A DNA stretch of 54,509 bases, taken from positions 161,913-216,421 of the forward strand of contig NW_015160308.1 in NCBI RefSeq assembly GCF_001447785.1, written 5' to 3'. Below, piece by piece: positions 38,962 to 51,867 of the stretch (position 1 is its first letter; every line of letters begins with the position of its first letter). Made by a program: the position numbers and the translations under genes. The notes below the pieces were generated by a model. That model saw nothing but the letters and a program-made list of their open reading frames with translations. It was not told the DNA's origin and searched no databases. This stretch comes from Gekko japonicus. Lineage: Eukaryota.

Positions 38962-39541
38962 TAAGCAAGAAATTGCAAGTAGATAAATAGGTACCACTTC
39001 GGTAGGAAGGCAACAGCGTTCTGTGCGCCTCGGCGTCTAGTCATGCCGGCCACATGACCACAGAAACGTCTTCGGATAGCACTGGCTCTTTGGCTTGGAA
39101 ACGGAGATGAGCAACACAACCCTAGAGTCGGATTCGACTGGCTTTTGAGCAAGGGAAACCTTTACCTTTACTTTACCTTTCCATATAGGAGGGGCTGCAG
39201 TGGCTCAGTGGTTAAGATGCTGAACTGCAGACTGGAAGGTCGGTAGTTCAGCAGTTCGAGACCTGAGTGCTGCGTGATGGAGTGAGTTTCGGTCTCTGGC
39301 CCCAGCGCCTGCCAACCTAGCAGTTTGAAAGCAAGAAATTGCAAGTAGATAAATAGGTACCGCTTCGGTGGGAAGGTAACAGTGTTCCGTGCATCTCGGT
39401 GTCGAGTCATGCCGGCCACATGACCACAGAGAAGTCTTCGGACAGCGCTGGCTCTTCGGCTTGGAAACGGAGATGAACACCACATCCCTAGAGTCGGATT
39501 CGACTGGCTTTCGAGCAAGGGAAACCTTTACCTTTACCTTT
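38962..39541 (+). mobile_element. Two head-to-tail Sauria/Squam1 SINEs (first 5'-truncated)
   Basis: Two copies of the core, each ending in (ACCTTT)n. Confidence 0.85.
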
Positions 39542-40804
39542 CCATACAGGGTTTTTGGTACAGCTCAGTTTATTAACTGCATTGGGTTTTCCACTCCCTT
39601 ACACACGATATCATTTGCTGTCACTCTCCCATTTTTAAAAATAAAGTTTCCCCCATATTTTGTTCAGGCACAAAACCTGGGGAAAACTGGAATAAAAACT
39701 GGGAGAACAATGACCAGCTAGGGCTTTTAAAAGCTTGTTAACCCCTCTTTATCCAATTTACCCAATTTCTCCCTTGAAATCTGACAATCTGTTTCGTTCC
39801 CTCTTTTTAGGAATTGGAAGTCAGTTGCTAATGAATTCTGTTTTGATCAAAGAGAAATTCAAAGATAGGAGGGGCAAGAGAAATCAAAGAGAAATCAAAA
39901 AGAGAAATCCCTCTTTCAAAAGAGAAAGAAAAGAGAATAAGAGGGATCAATGGCTATGTTTAAAAAAAGGTTATAAAAGAAATCCTACTCACCATAGCAA
40001 CACTACAACCAGCAAATGACTCTGCTCTCCTCTTTCCTCTTTCCAAAGAAAACAAAACAGCTGCCATAATAGTTCCCTCTAAGCTGAGTTGGTGTGAGCT
40101 AGCTCACAGATTTTTAGCCTCCGGCTCACAGATTTTTGTTTTAGCTCAGGAAGGATGGCTCCAAAGCAAACTGATTTTATGCAGCAGCCAAATCGCTAGC
40201 TCACAACTTTAATGCCAGTAGCTCACAAAGTAGAATTTTTGCTCACAAGACTCCATAGCTTAGAGGGAACATTGCCATTATCAAATCTTGCTGTCCCCTC
40301 TCCTTCTTCCAAAGAAAACATGTTTGCCTGCTGTTCCCGTATCTTAGTTTCCACTTACCTTCTTCCAAAGGAAAAAAGTCAACTGCTGGTATCATATATT
40401 GCTCTCCCTTCTCCTTCTTCCAAAGAAAACATGCCGGCTGCTGTTACCAATCCATTTGGGTTGGCTGGCAGGAGCAAACAAGATACGCGGGAATGGGCAG
40501 GCTTGCTACTGGTTTATCCACGTGGGCTGAATGTGGCAATTTTCACAGCACAGTCTTCCAACCATCCATCCGTCTCTTGTAGTTTGACTTATTCCATCTA
40601 GGGTAAGACACGCAATATTCACCCACAGTTGTTCTTCATTTTTAATCCACTGTTGCCCGCCAAGCTTGGGAAAATGATCACACAGTTTAATGCTCCTCAG
40701 CCACAAGTTTAAATGTAGGGCGTCAAAACAGCACACAAGACAAGGCAGTTTCATACAGGTGTGTGTTTATGATGAACACACAGAGTTGCCAACCTCCAGG
40801 AGGA

Positions 40805-43577
40805 TATGAGTAAGCTGACAGAAAGTCACGAAAAAGTATACGTAAAATGTAAAACATTAAAAAATATATATTAAACGTTTGGGAATAATACACGATATGA
40901 GAGCAATAAATTTCATCCTCGTTCTCCTTTCAACCCGAATATATATGATCCTTGTGTAACAGCATCTGAAAAGGCGGTATAAAGAGAGACATTAAAATGG
41001 TTGAAGCTACTTTTCAAAAATCTTGGAATAACCTGTCAAAATTGGATTCTGAAGCATTAAAGGGCTTGGCTGAAGATGAAAGTATTACTATAAAGCCTGC
41101 GGACAAGGGTGGAGCGGTGGTTCTTTTAAATAGGAAGAATTATTGCCAAGAGGTGGAATGCCAACTATCTGATAAGGCAAGTTACTTACCTATTGAATAT
41201 GCTCCTACTAAGATAGCCAGATTAATAAAGATTGTTTTGGATGAGGCTGGATCTATGGGGCTTATTAAAACAACACATATAGATTTCTCATGAAGGAACA
41301 TCTGAGAATTCCAGTAATTTATATCTTGCTTAAGATTCACACATCCAGATTTCCACCTCCCGGACGCCCAATTGTTATCAGGGTCCAACTCATTATTGGA
41401 GCCACTATCTATTTTTGTTGATTCATTTTTGCAGCCCTTTGTTTTTAAAAATGGGATCATATATTAGAGAAACGAGATATTTCATAAGCGTTGTTGAAAA
41501 TTTACAGATTCCTAATCAGGCTGTTCTAGTCACAAGCATTCCTTATGAGGAGGCACGTGGTGTAATTGAGAAGACTTTAGAAGCATGTGATGATTTGTAT
41601 CCCCCAATGTTTTTTCTGTTCGAATTGGTAGAAACAATTCTTGGAAAACAACAACACTATTTTAAATTTCAGAAGGATTTTTATCTACAGATTTGTGGGG
41701 CAGCCAATGGGGAGCAGTTTCCCTCCCAGTATAGCTAATCTTTTCATGGCTGATTTAGAGGAAGAAAACTTTTGCAATCCATATTATAACCTTTTTTTTG
41801 ATCAAATTATTCTATTTAAACATTATATTGATGACATGTTTTTGATCTTTAAGGATGACAAAGAATTGCCCTTCTTTTTTGAATGGATAAATGGGGTGCA
41901 TTTCAATATTAAATTTTCTAGCCACTTTGATAAAAACTTGGCACCTTTTTTGGACACTATGGTATATGGCACAGAGTCCAATCATTTGGCAGTTTGCACC
42001 TACAGAAAACAAACTGATAAAAATTCATACTGGCACTTCCAGTCCTTCCACTCAGCCCACCTCTGTAAAAATTTGCCCTATGGCCAATTTTTCTGTTTGA
42101 TTAACTCTACTAAATTAACAGATTATTTGAAAGATAGCAGAGATATGGCAGATGAGTTTAAAAGTAGGGTTTATCCAGAAGAGGTGATACAGAAGGCTAA
42201 GAAAAGAGCAGATAGGACTAACAGGGAGGAATTATTAGACTAGACCAGGTAGGATTACACGTGGTTTAGTTTATACATCCCTGTCTAATAAAACAGGCAG
42301 AATTCTGATTCGACATTGGCACTTAATAAGTGTTCCTGAGTGTGAAGAATTACCCTATGTAGGCTTCAGAAGAACTAGGACCATCAAAGACATATTGGTG
42401 CATTCTGGCATGAATTCTACAGGTAGAGCAGAGAGGGAACTAATGGGACATCATAGGTGTGGTAGATGTTTGATCTGCCCTCAAGCATTGGAAATTAGTG
42501 AATTCACACCCAAACGGGGGTTCAAAGATTTATTTGCGGTTTTTCTCCACTTGTGCATAAAAGAATGTGGTATGTGCTATAATCTGTGATTGTGGCTTGA
42601 TGTATATTGGAAACACTACTTGCCCTGCTGTAAGAACTAGAATTTTAGAACATCAGAGTAGAATTTGAACTAAAATTATGGAAGCTTCTCTTGTATCTCA
42701 CTTTATTGGAAAAGGGCATAATTTTGACAGCTTTAAACATTTTGTATTATACAAATATGTGGCAAGAGAATCTTATGATGAAACAGAAAAATTTACTCAG
42801 AGAGGAAGGAGTTTGGATTTTCAGACTTAACATGGTCACACCCAATGGTCTGAATTTAGCATTGGATTATTCATGTTTTTTGTGAAGCTTAGGAAGTGTT
42901 ATAATTGTGTACATAATTGTTTATATAGCTATCTATCACATATGAATGTTTGAGATTATTCTAGCAGGTTTTATCAGACTTGTAGCTTTAAGAAGTCAGG
43001 GAATACTGCAATTGAAACAACAGGTGTTGATTTACATTGACTTTTAAAAAATGTATCAACATTTGTAATGTTAACCACAAAACATGAAGGTGAATGTCGA
43101 CTGATGAGAGAACTTCTTGGAATTTTGTATTTGTATTGGAATAGTTGTATAGTAAGTATGATATGGTAAGGAACTTTTAAAATGGACTATGATGTATATG
43201 GTTGTATTGATTATAACATTTTAACATCGGAGTTGGAGTCCCGACCTTGAGGAAATGAGGAGTGAAATGGGTGTTCCAAGTTGACTCCCCATCGCCGGGA
43301 CCATTGACTTTTCTACTGAGTGGTTGATGGAATATGAATTTTTGAAAAGGATACCCAAATTGTCTGAACAATATTGTTCACTGAAATTGTGAGAAGTTAT
43401 TTTCTTTTGGGACTTTTCCAGTACGTATCGGCATACCGTTGGATTGGGACAGTAATATGATTATGTGACTTTATAAAAGCCTAATTTGTTCATGAATTAC
43501 TCAGATTTGAAATTTATTGCATATAATTGAAACAACATTAGTAATTCGGTCATGACTGCTTTTGCTTCTGTGATGTT
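40805..43577 (+). mobile_element. Degenerate Penelope-like element (RT + GIY-YIG endonuclease) inserted in a hAT-type MITE
   Basis: Frameshifted fragments ITIKPADKGGAVVLLN, MGSSFPPSIANLFM, HYIDDMF and C-x-CGLMYIGNT..RILEH. 14-bp TSD AACCTCCAGGAGGA at 40791-40804 and 43578-43591. Confidence 0.88.
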
Positions 43578-43968
43578 AACCTCCAGGAGGAGCCTGGAGA
43601 TTTCCCAGAGTTACAGATGATGTCCAGATGACAGAGATCGGTTCCCGTGGAGAAAATGGCTGCTTTGGAGGGTGGACTTTGTGGCATTCGATCCCACTAA
43701 GGTCCTTCCCCTCTCCCAACCCCACCCTCCCCAAGTTCCACCCCCCAAAAAAATCTCCAGGAATTTCTCAACCCAGAGTTGGCAACCCTGTGTATGCATA
43801 TGATACACAGATTTTAGGCATACATGCAGTGAAACCCTTTTCACTCTCCATTTACTATGTGCCGCTTTTTAAGAGACTGGAAAATAATCTAGGATCTGGG
43901 ATTCCATTCGGGTGGGATGAGCAGTAGATAACCGTTTTTTTCTCTTCTGGCTGTCAGAAAAGGGATGT

Positions 43969-44275
43969 TGTAGTGTATCCAGCCCTGACATGGCCGGGCA
44001 TGTCCGGACTTGTCCAGGGACAAAACCTCAAGCTTCGCGCCTAAAGACAATGGGCCAGTAGGAATCCTAGCCGGCCCAATCAAAGGGCTAGGTCCCAGAC
44101 CGTGAGGCCAATAGGCCTCTCGGTTACTGTAAATAGCCTATAGGGAAGTGGGGTGTGTGTTGTGGTGGTGGGTTCTGAGGGAATATAAGCCGGCCTGCGA
44201 GCCGGCCAAAGTGTCTTGTTCCTGACTGAATAAAATATGCTTTGCTGGAATCACTCTCCGTCTGCGTACTTTTCA
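43969..44275 (+). mobile_element. Solo LTR (307 bp), same family as 12616-12924
   Basis: TG...CA ends and 5-bp TSD GATGT. Contains CCAAT boxes, TATAAG, AATAAA and the shared CCGGCCTGCGAGCCGG core. Confidence 0.8.
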
Positions 44276-47200
44276 GATGTAATACAATGAAATAGTCCAG
44301 GAGACACTTTTATCAAGGGAACAGGATTGTAGCCTATTCCGCTGCTTATTGTCCATCTTCTCTTACAATGCTCTTACAGCATTGTCTTCTACTTCCATAA
44401 TTGAAGCTGCCTTATACGGAATCAGATCATTGGTCCATCAAAGTCAGTATTGTCTACTCAGACTGGCAGCGACTCCGCAGCATCCCAGGCTGGGGTCTTT
44501 CACATCACCTCTTGCTTGCTCCTATAACTAGAGATACCAGGGATTGAACCTGGAATCTTCTGCATGCAAAGCAGAGGCTCTTCCACTGAGCCACAGCCCC
44601 TCCCGTTTTCTTGTATGTTTTATTAAAAAATACTTGTAGGATGTGAAGGTTGAGTGTATATTGTAATCAGCTTGATTAGAGCAGAGAGGAAATACTTGGG
44701 GGCAGAAAATTAGCATCTGTAGTGAGATAAAAATCCTGGGTCCTTATTCAGTCTGGGCGGGGGGGGGGGGGCCTGCCCTTAACTTGTCTCCAATTCAATC
44801 TGGCCTCCCCCCCCCCCCCCAATCGGTCAGTCACTCTTATGTGTCTGTTGAGGTATAATTTATTTTAAAGTATTTGGTGTATTTTATTGTATTTATTTTA
44901 TTGCATTTATTGTATATGTTTTGTTATTCTGCTTTTATGATGTACATCTGCATTCAGCAGATTATTATAGGCTGGAACCTGCCCCGAGCCAGCTTTGCGG
45001 GAAGGGCAGGATATAAATTGAAGGAAATAAATAAACAAACAAACTCCAGTTCAGCAATCTTGCACTGGAATGTCCATGTAAAAATTTCTTTGTCTGATGA
45101 AGGGAGCTTTGACTCTCAGAAGCTTACATCCTGAAACTCTTGTTGGTCCCTAAAGTGCTACTGGACTCAAATGTAATTGTTGCAGACCAACACGGCTAAC
45201 CCTCTGAAATGACCTCCTACCATGGAGATCAATGGATTAAAAAAGCAGGTAGAAGTATAATTGGAACCATGCTCCTGACTTTCACACATACAGACTGTTG
45301 GAAGAGAAGGACCAGACGCTGTCTCTTAGCCTTAGCCTTGGGGGGGAGGGGTTACAAAAGAGTCAGGTAGACAGACAGGCATATTGTGAGTTTCCTTCCT
45401 GTTTACTCTTCTGCCACTGACCCTTTGATGGGATACTTTCAGGAAATTGCTTCCTTCCTTCCTTCTGTTCACACTTCTGTCTCGCACACACACAAAGAAG
45501 GAACACATTGCTCTCCAACTTTGCATCATGGATGCCGGAGAGGCATCTCTACATCTGCATCCATCCTAGATAGTTTAGTTGGATCCTATCACTATCTCTC
45601 ACCTTTACTATCTAGAATGGAGTTCCCTAAATAAAGAGCTTTTTATTAATCTGAAACTGACAGGTGGCTCTGTGTAACTCTGTAACTTTGCCAGCACATG
45701 TAGAAGAAAGAGAAGCTCTGCGGCTTTATAGCCTTTAGTGTGCTCTGCTACAATAGAATACAGATTACTCGTTTACTATACCCGTGAATCTATATATAAT
45801 GAATTAGGAGGTAGGGGGAGAGCTTCCAAAATGTTTTAACTGGCATGTATTACATTTTGCCTAAAGCAGCATCTATGTTTTAGCTTAAGCAGAGCCGGCA
45901 TTTGGCAACCTAGTACATGTTTTTGTGCATTGGGTGGGGTTGGGGCAGAGCTGGAGGAAAGATGAGCTTGGCGTGATGTTCAAAGGTGATCAAGACATAT
46001 AGAATTGGCAAATATAGCGCTGCTGAAGCATCCTGTGGCACAACCAGGCAGCGGAACCAGTCATTCCTGCGTGTTGCGCAACGCTGACACCCACATGCTA
46101 ATGAACCCCTAATTAATCTCCGAAACCCTGGCAATTAAGACCAAACTGCGAAGCCCGGCTGAAGCAAGAGGGAAGGCAAGCAAGCGACAGAGGTTTCGAG
46201 GTCAGTAAGTAAAGATTGGGGACGAAGGCTAAACGCTGGAGGAATGCGGGACGGGTTGTGCTGCGCATCGGATGTCATGTGTTTTGCACGGCAGCTGGAA
46301 GCTATTAAGAAGCGTGCAAAAGAAAGGAGCAGAGCTCCAGGTGAAGAAATCCTATTGCCTCAGATGGGCTGTAGGAAGGGCAGTCTTGAACCTTGTGCAG
46401 CTGAGATGGTGGTGTGCCTATTATTTATACGCCACTCTTCCCCTAGGACAACAAAACATACCATCTAGTCCTCCTTTTCTCCCCAGTGCAGCAACCCTAT
46501 GGGGGTGGGGTACCTAAACTGTGTGTGTGTAAGACAGAAGAGAAGAGGAGATTGGATTTATATATGCCCTTCACTCTGAAGGAGTCTCAGAGTGGCTTAC
46601 AATCCCTTTCCCTCCCCCTCCCCACAACAGACACCCTGTGAGGTAGGTGGGGCTGAGAGAGCTCTTTTGAGGACTGCCCTTAAGGGAACAGCTCTGAAAG
46701 AACTTGTGACTGACCCAAGGTCACACCAGCAGCTGCATGTGGAGGAGTGGGGGATCAAACCCGGTTCTCCCAGATTAGAGTCCGCACCAAGGTAACCTGG
46801 CAAGCGTCATTGCTGAGTCAGGATCGGAACCTGTCCTGGTCTCCCTCTCTAATTACTATGCCACATCAGCTCTCCTGAGCATTTGAATACATAAGGATGG
46901 TGACGTGAATGTAAATAGACTTGAGTGTAGGAAGGTGCACTGGGTGTTGAGAACGTCTAGGGGTTCTTCACAAACGGAAGGTGTTTATATATGGGAGCCA
47001 GGAACTTCTCCTAGACGATGTCATGCCTTAATTTTCTGGAAATAGAGATTTGAGATATGGAAAGGTAATATTTTTCATTGAGGGCTTCCCTTTTGTCACC
47101 ATAGCTTTCTCACAGGTGTTTCCCACATGGGATCATCTTGCTGCTGAGAATGCCCATACAGTGAAGGGCTTTCACAAGGCAGCTTCCCCAAATTTCCCTT

Positions 47201-47696
47201 TCCCCAGTCCCCTGAGGTTGCTAGTTCTCACCCTTTTCCATCTTAAAAAAGCAAGAACAACAAACAGCTATTGACATATTGTTTGAGGGTTACAGACATC
47301 TGTGTATCAAGTTTCATTTGTTTAAAATGTAAGTCTCTTGTGCTTTATAATGTTACAACACCGTATTGATAGGTCAATTGCTGATTATAAAAAAATCCCC
47401 CCAAACTCGTTGGTGGCAGGGGGAGGGAATGGCCATTGTGGAGGGCTGGGACAGGGGAAAATGTCACCACGGCAAAACTGGTTTTGGAGGGATTGCAGGA
47501 AAGGTGGGGGGAAACCCAAGAGGTCCAGGGAAGCACCGTGATACAGTGGGGAAGCGGGGGTGGGGGATAGTTGCTCACTAATAGTACTCAAGGCAGTGCA
47601 AACAACCCATGTCTGTCTGTCTCTCTGGCCCGTCTGTGCATGTTGGTTATAGTATGTCCATGCATACATGCAGTGGGTAAATGTATGTGTATTAGT

Positions 47697-50210
47697 GATT
47701 GAATCCAGCAGGCCAGCTCAACCAAGGCCATGGGGCATGAATCACAGGTAGGGTTGCCAGGCACGGCACTGCCATTGGCGGGAGATGGGGGAGGCAGGCC
47801 TTTATCACGGGGGTGGGGATGTGATCACCGCCACTGTGCAATGATATTGCTTCCGGTGCAACCCAGAAGTGCCAACATCATGCCTCAGCAACACTCTTAA
47901 TGCTCGCACAAAAAATTCGATGGAAGCTATAGAATTTTTGGACGAGTGCTAGAGTGTCACACCAGCATGATGCTGGTGATTCTGGGTTGTAGTGGAAGTG
48001 ACATCAGCAGGGCCGGCTCACTCACTAGGCGAACTAGGCGATCGCCTAGAGCGGGGCGGCTCTTAGGGGCACCAAACTGCACCCGGCCCCGTACTCTGGG
48101 AGTTTCTTGATTATTTGTGTTTTTCATTCTTCCTAAAATACATTTATTTTTTAAAATTGGTGGGCGCACGGGGGGGGGAGAAGGGATCCTCGCCTAGGGT
48201 GCAAAATAAGCTGGAGCCGGCCCTGGATGAGCTCCCCCTCACTGGCAGTCTTCAAGCAGCAGCTGGACAAGCCCTTGTCAGGGATGCTCTTGGGCAGACC
48301 CTGCTTCCTTCCTTCCTTCCTTCCTTCCTTCCTTCCTTCCTTCCCATGCCATAGGATGCTCTGCAAGAAAATAGGAGGGTTTAAGACATTGCCTGCCACT
48401 GAGCATATCCAGAACACAATTTTGAAATGGTGTAGAACCTGACTTCCCATCCCTCCACTCTTTGAATTTCTCTTTTGATCAAGATGGAACTGCTTTGAAA
48501 TGGGCTCCAAATTCCTAAAAAAAAGAGAGAGGAAAAGGACTGCTAGATTTCAGAGAGAAGTTGGGTAAAGAGGAATTAAGCGGAATTAAGAGTCCTCTTA
48601 ACAATGCTAATGTGTATGTGGGGAGAAGACTTTGTTTTTGACAGGAAGTTGGGGTTTTAAGTGGAGATGCTGGGGATTGAACCTGGGACCTTCTGCATGC
48701 TAAACAGAGGTTCTTCCACAGAGCCACAACCTCCCCTCCCACCTTTAAAGACCCCGGTAAAGGAAAACAGGAAGAAACAGCCATGACTATTTCTGCCCAT
48801 CCCTTCCTTGGTACTTTCATCAACTGCCCTCCCAATCCTGCTGTGGCAAGCAGGACTGGTGCTGGGAAGCTGATGGGAAGGACTGGTGGCCAACCAGATG
48901 TGGAGAGGAATGGATGGGGAAGGCCTTTTCCCAGCATACTGAGGGACTGAATAGTATACGTCAGTTGTTCACATTGCAGCTTGGCAACCATAGTGAAAAT
49001 GAACAGGAATCTCTCCTCTCTCCTTATATATAATTGAATAGTGGGTGCCAAAGTTCTAATTCTAAAATGCACTCCCTTAGTGTATGGCTGATGGCACTGC
49101 TCCTCAGCATATATCACCACCAATCAGAAGGCAAAGCCCGGGTCCCGCCCACACCACAACTGCTGCGACAACCTGGTCTTTTGCATATGGAAGCTGATTG
49201 GACTTCACTCCATTCCACACCTCAAACTCCCCTCCCCGCAAGGCAGTTGGAATGTCAGTTGCATATGGAACCTGCTGTATTCTGGTGGCGTGCAGGTCCC
49301 AGATTCATGTTTTAAAAGCAGACTGACACTGTTTGCCCAAAACCAGAGCACTCTCCCAGAGCCTCTATCTAGATCTCATATTTATTTCCACAACGGGCCT
49401 TATTTCTAGTGTATGTTATAAGGGTTTGTGACTCAAGTACTCAGTATGGTTTCCTTAATGTGGGAAATATGCCTTCTGCTCTGAAGGTGTGTCATAATTC
49501 TTTATTTACGTAGAATAGTTACTCCCCACTTTTTTTTGCCTAGCAGGGACCCAAAGCAGCTTAGAACAGCTGAGAAATACAACACAATAAAGTCCAATAC
49601 AATGAATTACAATACAACGACGTTTAAAGAAAAGAAACAAACAAAAAAATAACCATCTGTAGCCTGGGCCAGTCCTGATTGAATCCAGTGGGCCAGCTCA
49701 ACCAAGGCCATGGGGCATGAATCACAGGTAGGGTTGCCAGGCACGGCACTGCCATTGGCGGGAGATGGGGGAGGCAGGCCTTTATCACGGGGGTGGGGAT
49801 GTGATCACCGCCACTGTGCAATGATATTGCTTCCGGTGCAACCCAGAAGTGCCAACATCATGCCTCAGCAACACTCTTAATGCTCGCACAAAAAATTCGA
49901 TGGAAGCTATAGAATTTTTGGACGAGTGCTAGAGTGTCACACCAGCATGATGCTGGTGATTCTGGGTTGTAGTGGAAGTGACATCAGCAGGGCCGGCTCA
50001 CTCACTAGGCGAACTAGGCGATCGCCTAGAGCGGGGCGGCTCTTAGGGGCACCAAACTGCACCCGGCCCCGTACTCTGGGAGTTTCTTGATTATTTGTGT
50101 TTTTCATTCTTCCTAAAATACATTTATTTTTTAAAGATGTGGGGGGGACGGGGGGGGGGGGGGGGGCAGAAGGGATCCTTGCCTAGGGTGCAAAATAAGC
50201 TGGAGCCGGC
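47697..50210. repeat. Near-identical ~520-bp direct repeat (47697-48220 vs 49677-50210)
   Basis: The same composite of flank + TAGGGTTGCCA element + nested CAGGGC MITE recurs 1980 bp apart. Confidence 0.9.
48225..48345 (+). repeat. CR1-like 3' fragment followed by a (CCTT)n microsatellite
   Basis: GAGCTCCCCCTCACTGGCAGTCTTCAAGCAGCAGCTGGACA resembles a CR1 ORF2 end, followed by about 10 CCTT units. Confidence 0.6.
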
Positions 50211-50378
50211 CATCAACAATTGCTGCCCCCTCCTATTTTACTGGCCTATTTCTACCCGCTGACTGGTTGTGCATTGGTGGACAGTGCCCAGAATTGCTGG
50301 GACTTTGCCTGACATAAGTGGGCATTTGGCAAGCCTAGCCACCCACCAAGAGCTTTTTGGCTTCTGCCCTTCATCTTG

Positions 50379-50592
50379 ACCTGGACAGCGCAGGCAAGCC
50401 CGATCTTGTCAGATCTCAGAAGCTAGGCAGGGCCGAGTGTGGTTAGTATTTGGATGTTAGACCACCAAACAAGTCCATGGTTATGATGCGGAGGCAGGCA
50501 ATGGCAAACCACCTCTGAATATCTCTTGCCTTGACAACGCTATGGGGTCACCGTAAGTCGGCTGTGACTTGACGGTATTTTCTACCACTACT
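50379..50592 (+). mobile_element. 5S rRNA-derived SINE (SINE3, 5S-Sauria-like); decayed second copy at ~10420-10590
   Basis: CCCGATCTTGTCAGATCTCAGAAGCTAGGCAGGGCC..TGGTTAGTATTTGGATG is 5S-like and is followed by an RTE-like tail (GCAATGGCAAACCAC..TGACTTGACGG). Confidence 0.8.
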
Positions 50593-50699
50593 AACTTCAG
50601 CCTGCCACATTCAAACTTTTCGTGAAGAGACAGGAAGGTCAAACTGAAGCTCAGGTGTTACCGCTGGCTGCCATATTTCCCTCCAATCTACCTTCCCTG

Positions 50700-51120
50700 A
50701 GAGCCAGTTTGCTGTAGTGGTCAAGTGCGTGGACTGGGAGAACCAGGTTTGATTCCCCACGCCTCCACTTGCAGCTGCTGGATGACCTTGGGCAAGCCAT
50801 ACTTCTCCCAGAGCTGTTCTTGAAAGAGCAGTTCTCGAAAGAGCTTTCTCAGCCCCACCTACCTCACAGGTTGCCTGTTGTGGAGAGGGGAAGGGAAAAG
50901 GAGTTTGTAAGCCGCTCTGAGACTCCAAGTGAAGGGTGGGGTATAAATCCAGTCTCTTCTTTATTAAGAGAGCCAGTTTGGTGTAGTGGTTAAGTGTGCG
51001 GACTCTAATCTGGGAGAACCGGGTTTGATTCCCCACTCCTCCACTTGCACCTGGCTGGATGACCTTGGGCAAGCCATAGTTCTGATAAGAGCTGTTCTTG
51101 AAAAAGAGCAGTTTCTATCA
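50700..51120 (+). mobile_element. Two tandem Squam3-like tRNA-derived SINEs (second 3'-truncated); other copies at ~3075-3150, 13400-13633, 17880-18075, 19015-19250, 36690-36806, 46535-46786, 52857-53150
   Basis: Head GAGCCAGTTTGGTGTAGTGGTTAAG..GGTTTGATTCCCCA, body CTCAGCCCCACCTACCTCACAGGG and (CTT)n tail. Confidence 0.8.
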
Positions 51121-51122
51121 AG

Positions 51123-51867
51123 AATCCCTGGCACCCATGACACCATGAGCCTTTTTGGTGGCTCAAACATTCGCTGCCAGAGCTGGCCCCTTGAGGCTCA
51201 GCTAGAGGCCGGCATACGCTTCCTGGATATCCGCTGCAAACTGGAAGAGGGCCACTTCCTTATTTACCACGTCAATACTTACCAGGAGGCTGACTTTTCC
51301 ACTGTCCTCAAAGTTACCTTGAGCTTCCTGAAGCGGCACCCGCGGGAGACAGTCCTCATGAGAGTCAAAGAGGAACTCCCCATTCTCCCCGATGCAGATT
51401 TCGGGCCCCGTTTGCGACGCTACCTGGATGAAGAAGGCCAAGGCCAAGTTTGGGTGAAAGAAGCCATTCCCACCTTGGGCGAGGCACGGGGGAAGATTGT
51501 CATCTTGGAGGAGCTGGAGAACGAGATCCTGGGGGTGCCCTACGAGGCCCTGAGCGTTGGCGACTCCTGGCACGTTCTCTCTGCAGAGTCCAAGTGGGAT
51601 CGAGTTTTGGAGCACCTGGATACGGCAGAGACCACTAGCCATGCCACTCTGCACCTCACCTTTTGCTCCGGCAATGGGCTCTTCACCAACCCCGAGGAAC
51701 TGGCCCAAGACATCAACCAACGCTGTTATGAACATCTGAAAGCCCAGGCTGGGAAAGCGGGGCGGTGGGGTGTGGTGATCATGGACTTTCCCGGTGCAGG
51801 ACTTATCAGAAATATTGTGGAGAGTAACCTGGAAACGGGGAATGATGACACAACGGCTCGGTTGTGA
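51123..51867 (+). pseudogene. 5'-truncated near-identical duplicate of the PI-PLC gene, fused in frame to a SINE head (pseudogene, chimera or assembly artefact)
   Basis: Identity with the right copy starts abruptly at AATCCCTGGCACC (IPGTHD). Only about 3 substitutions are visible in the CDS. The native acceptor, ATG and first ~33 codons are missing. Confidence 0.75.

Noticed and set aside
48515-49123. 202-aa minus-strand ORF
   Set aside because: Runs through a SINE, has no recognisable domain, and is not the missing HTATIP2 exon 1.
50390-50480. 5S rRNA gene
   Set aside because: Degenerate and fused to an RTE-like tail; it is a SINE3, not a functional rRNA.
50969-51050. tRNA genes suggested by A/B boxes here and elsewhere
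   Set aside because: These are SINE heads continuing into SINE bodies, with no intact cloverleaf.
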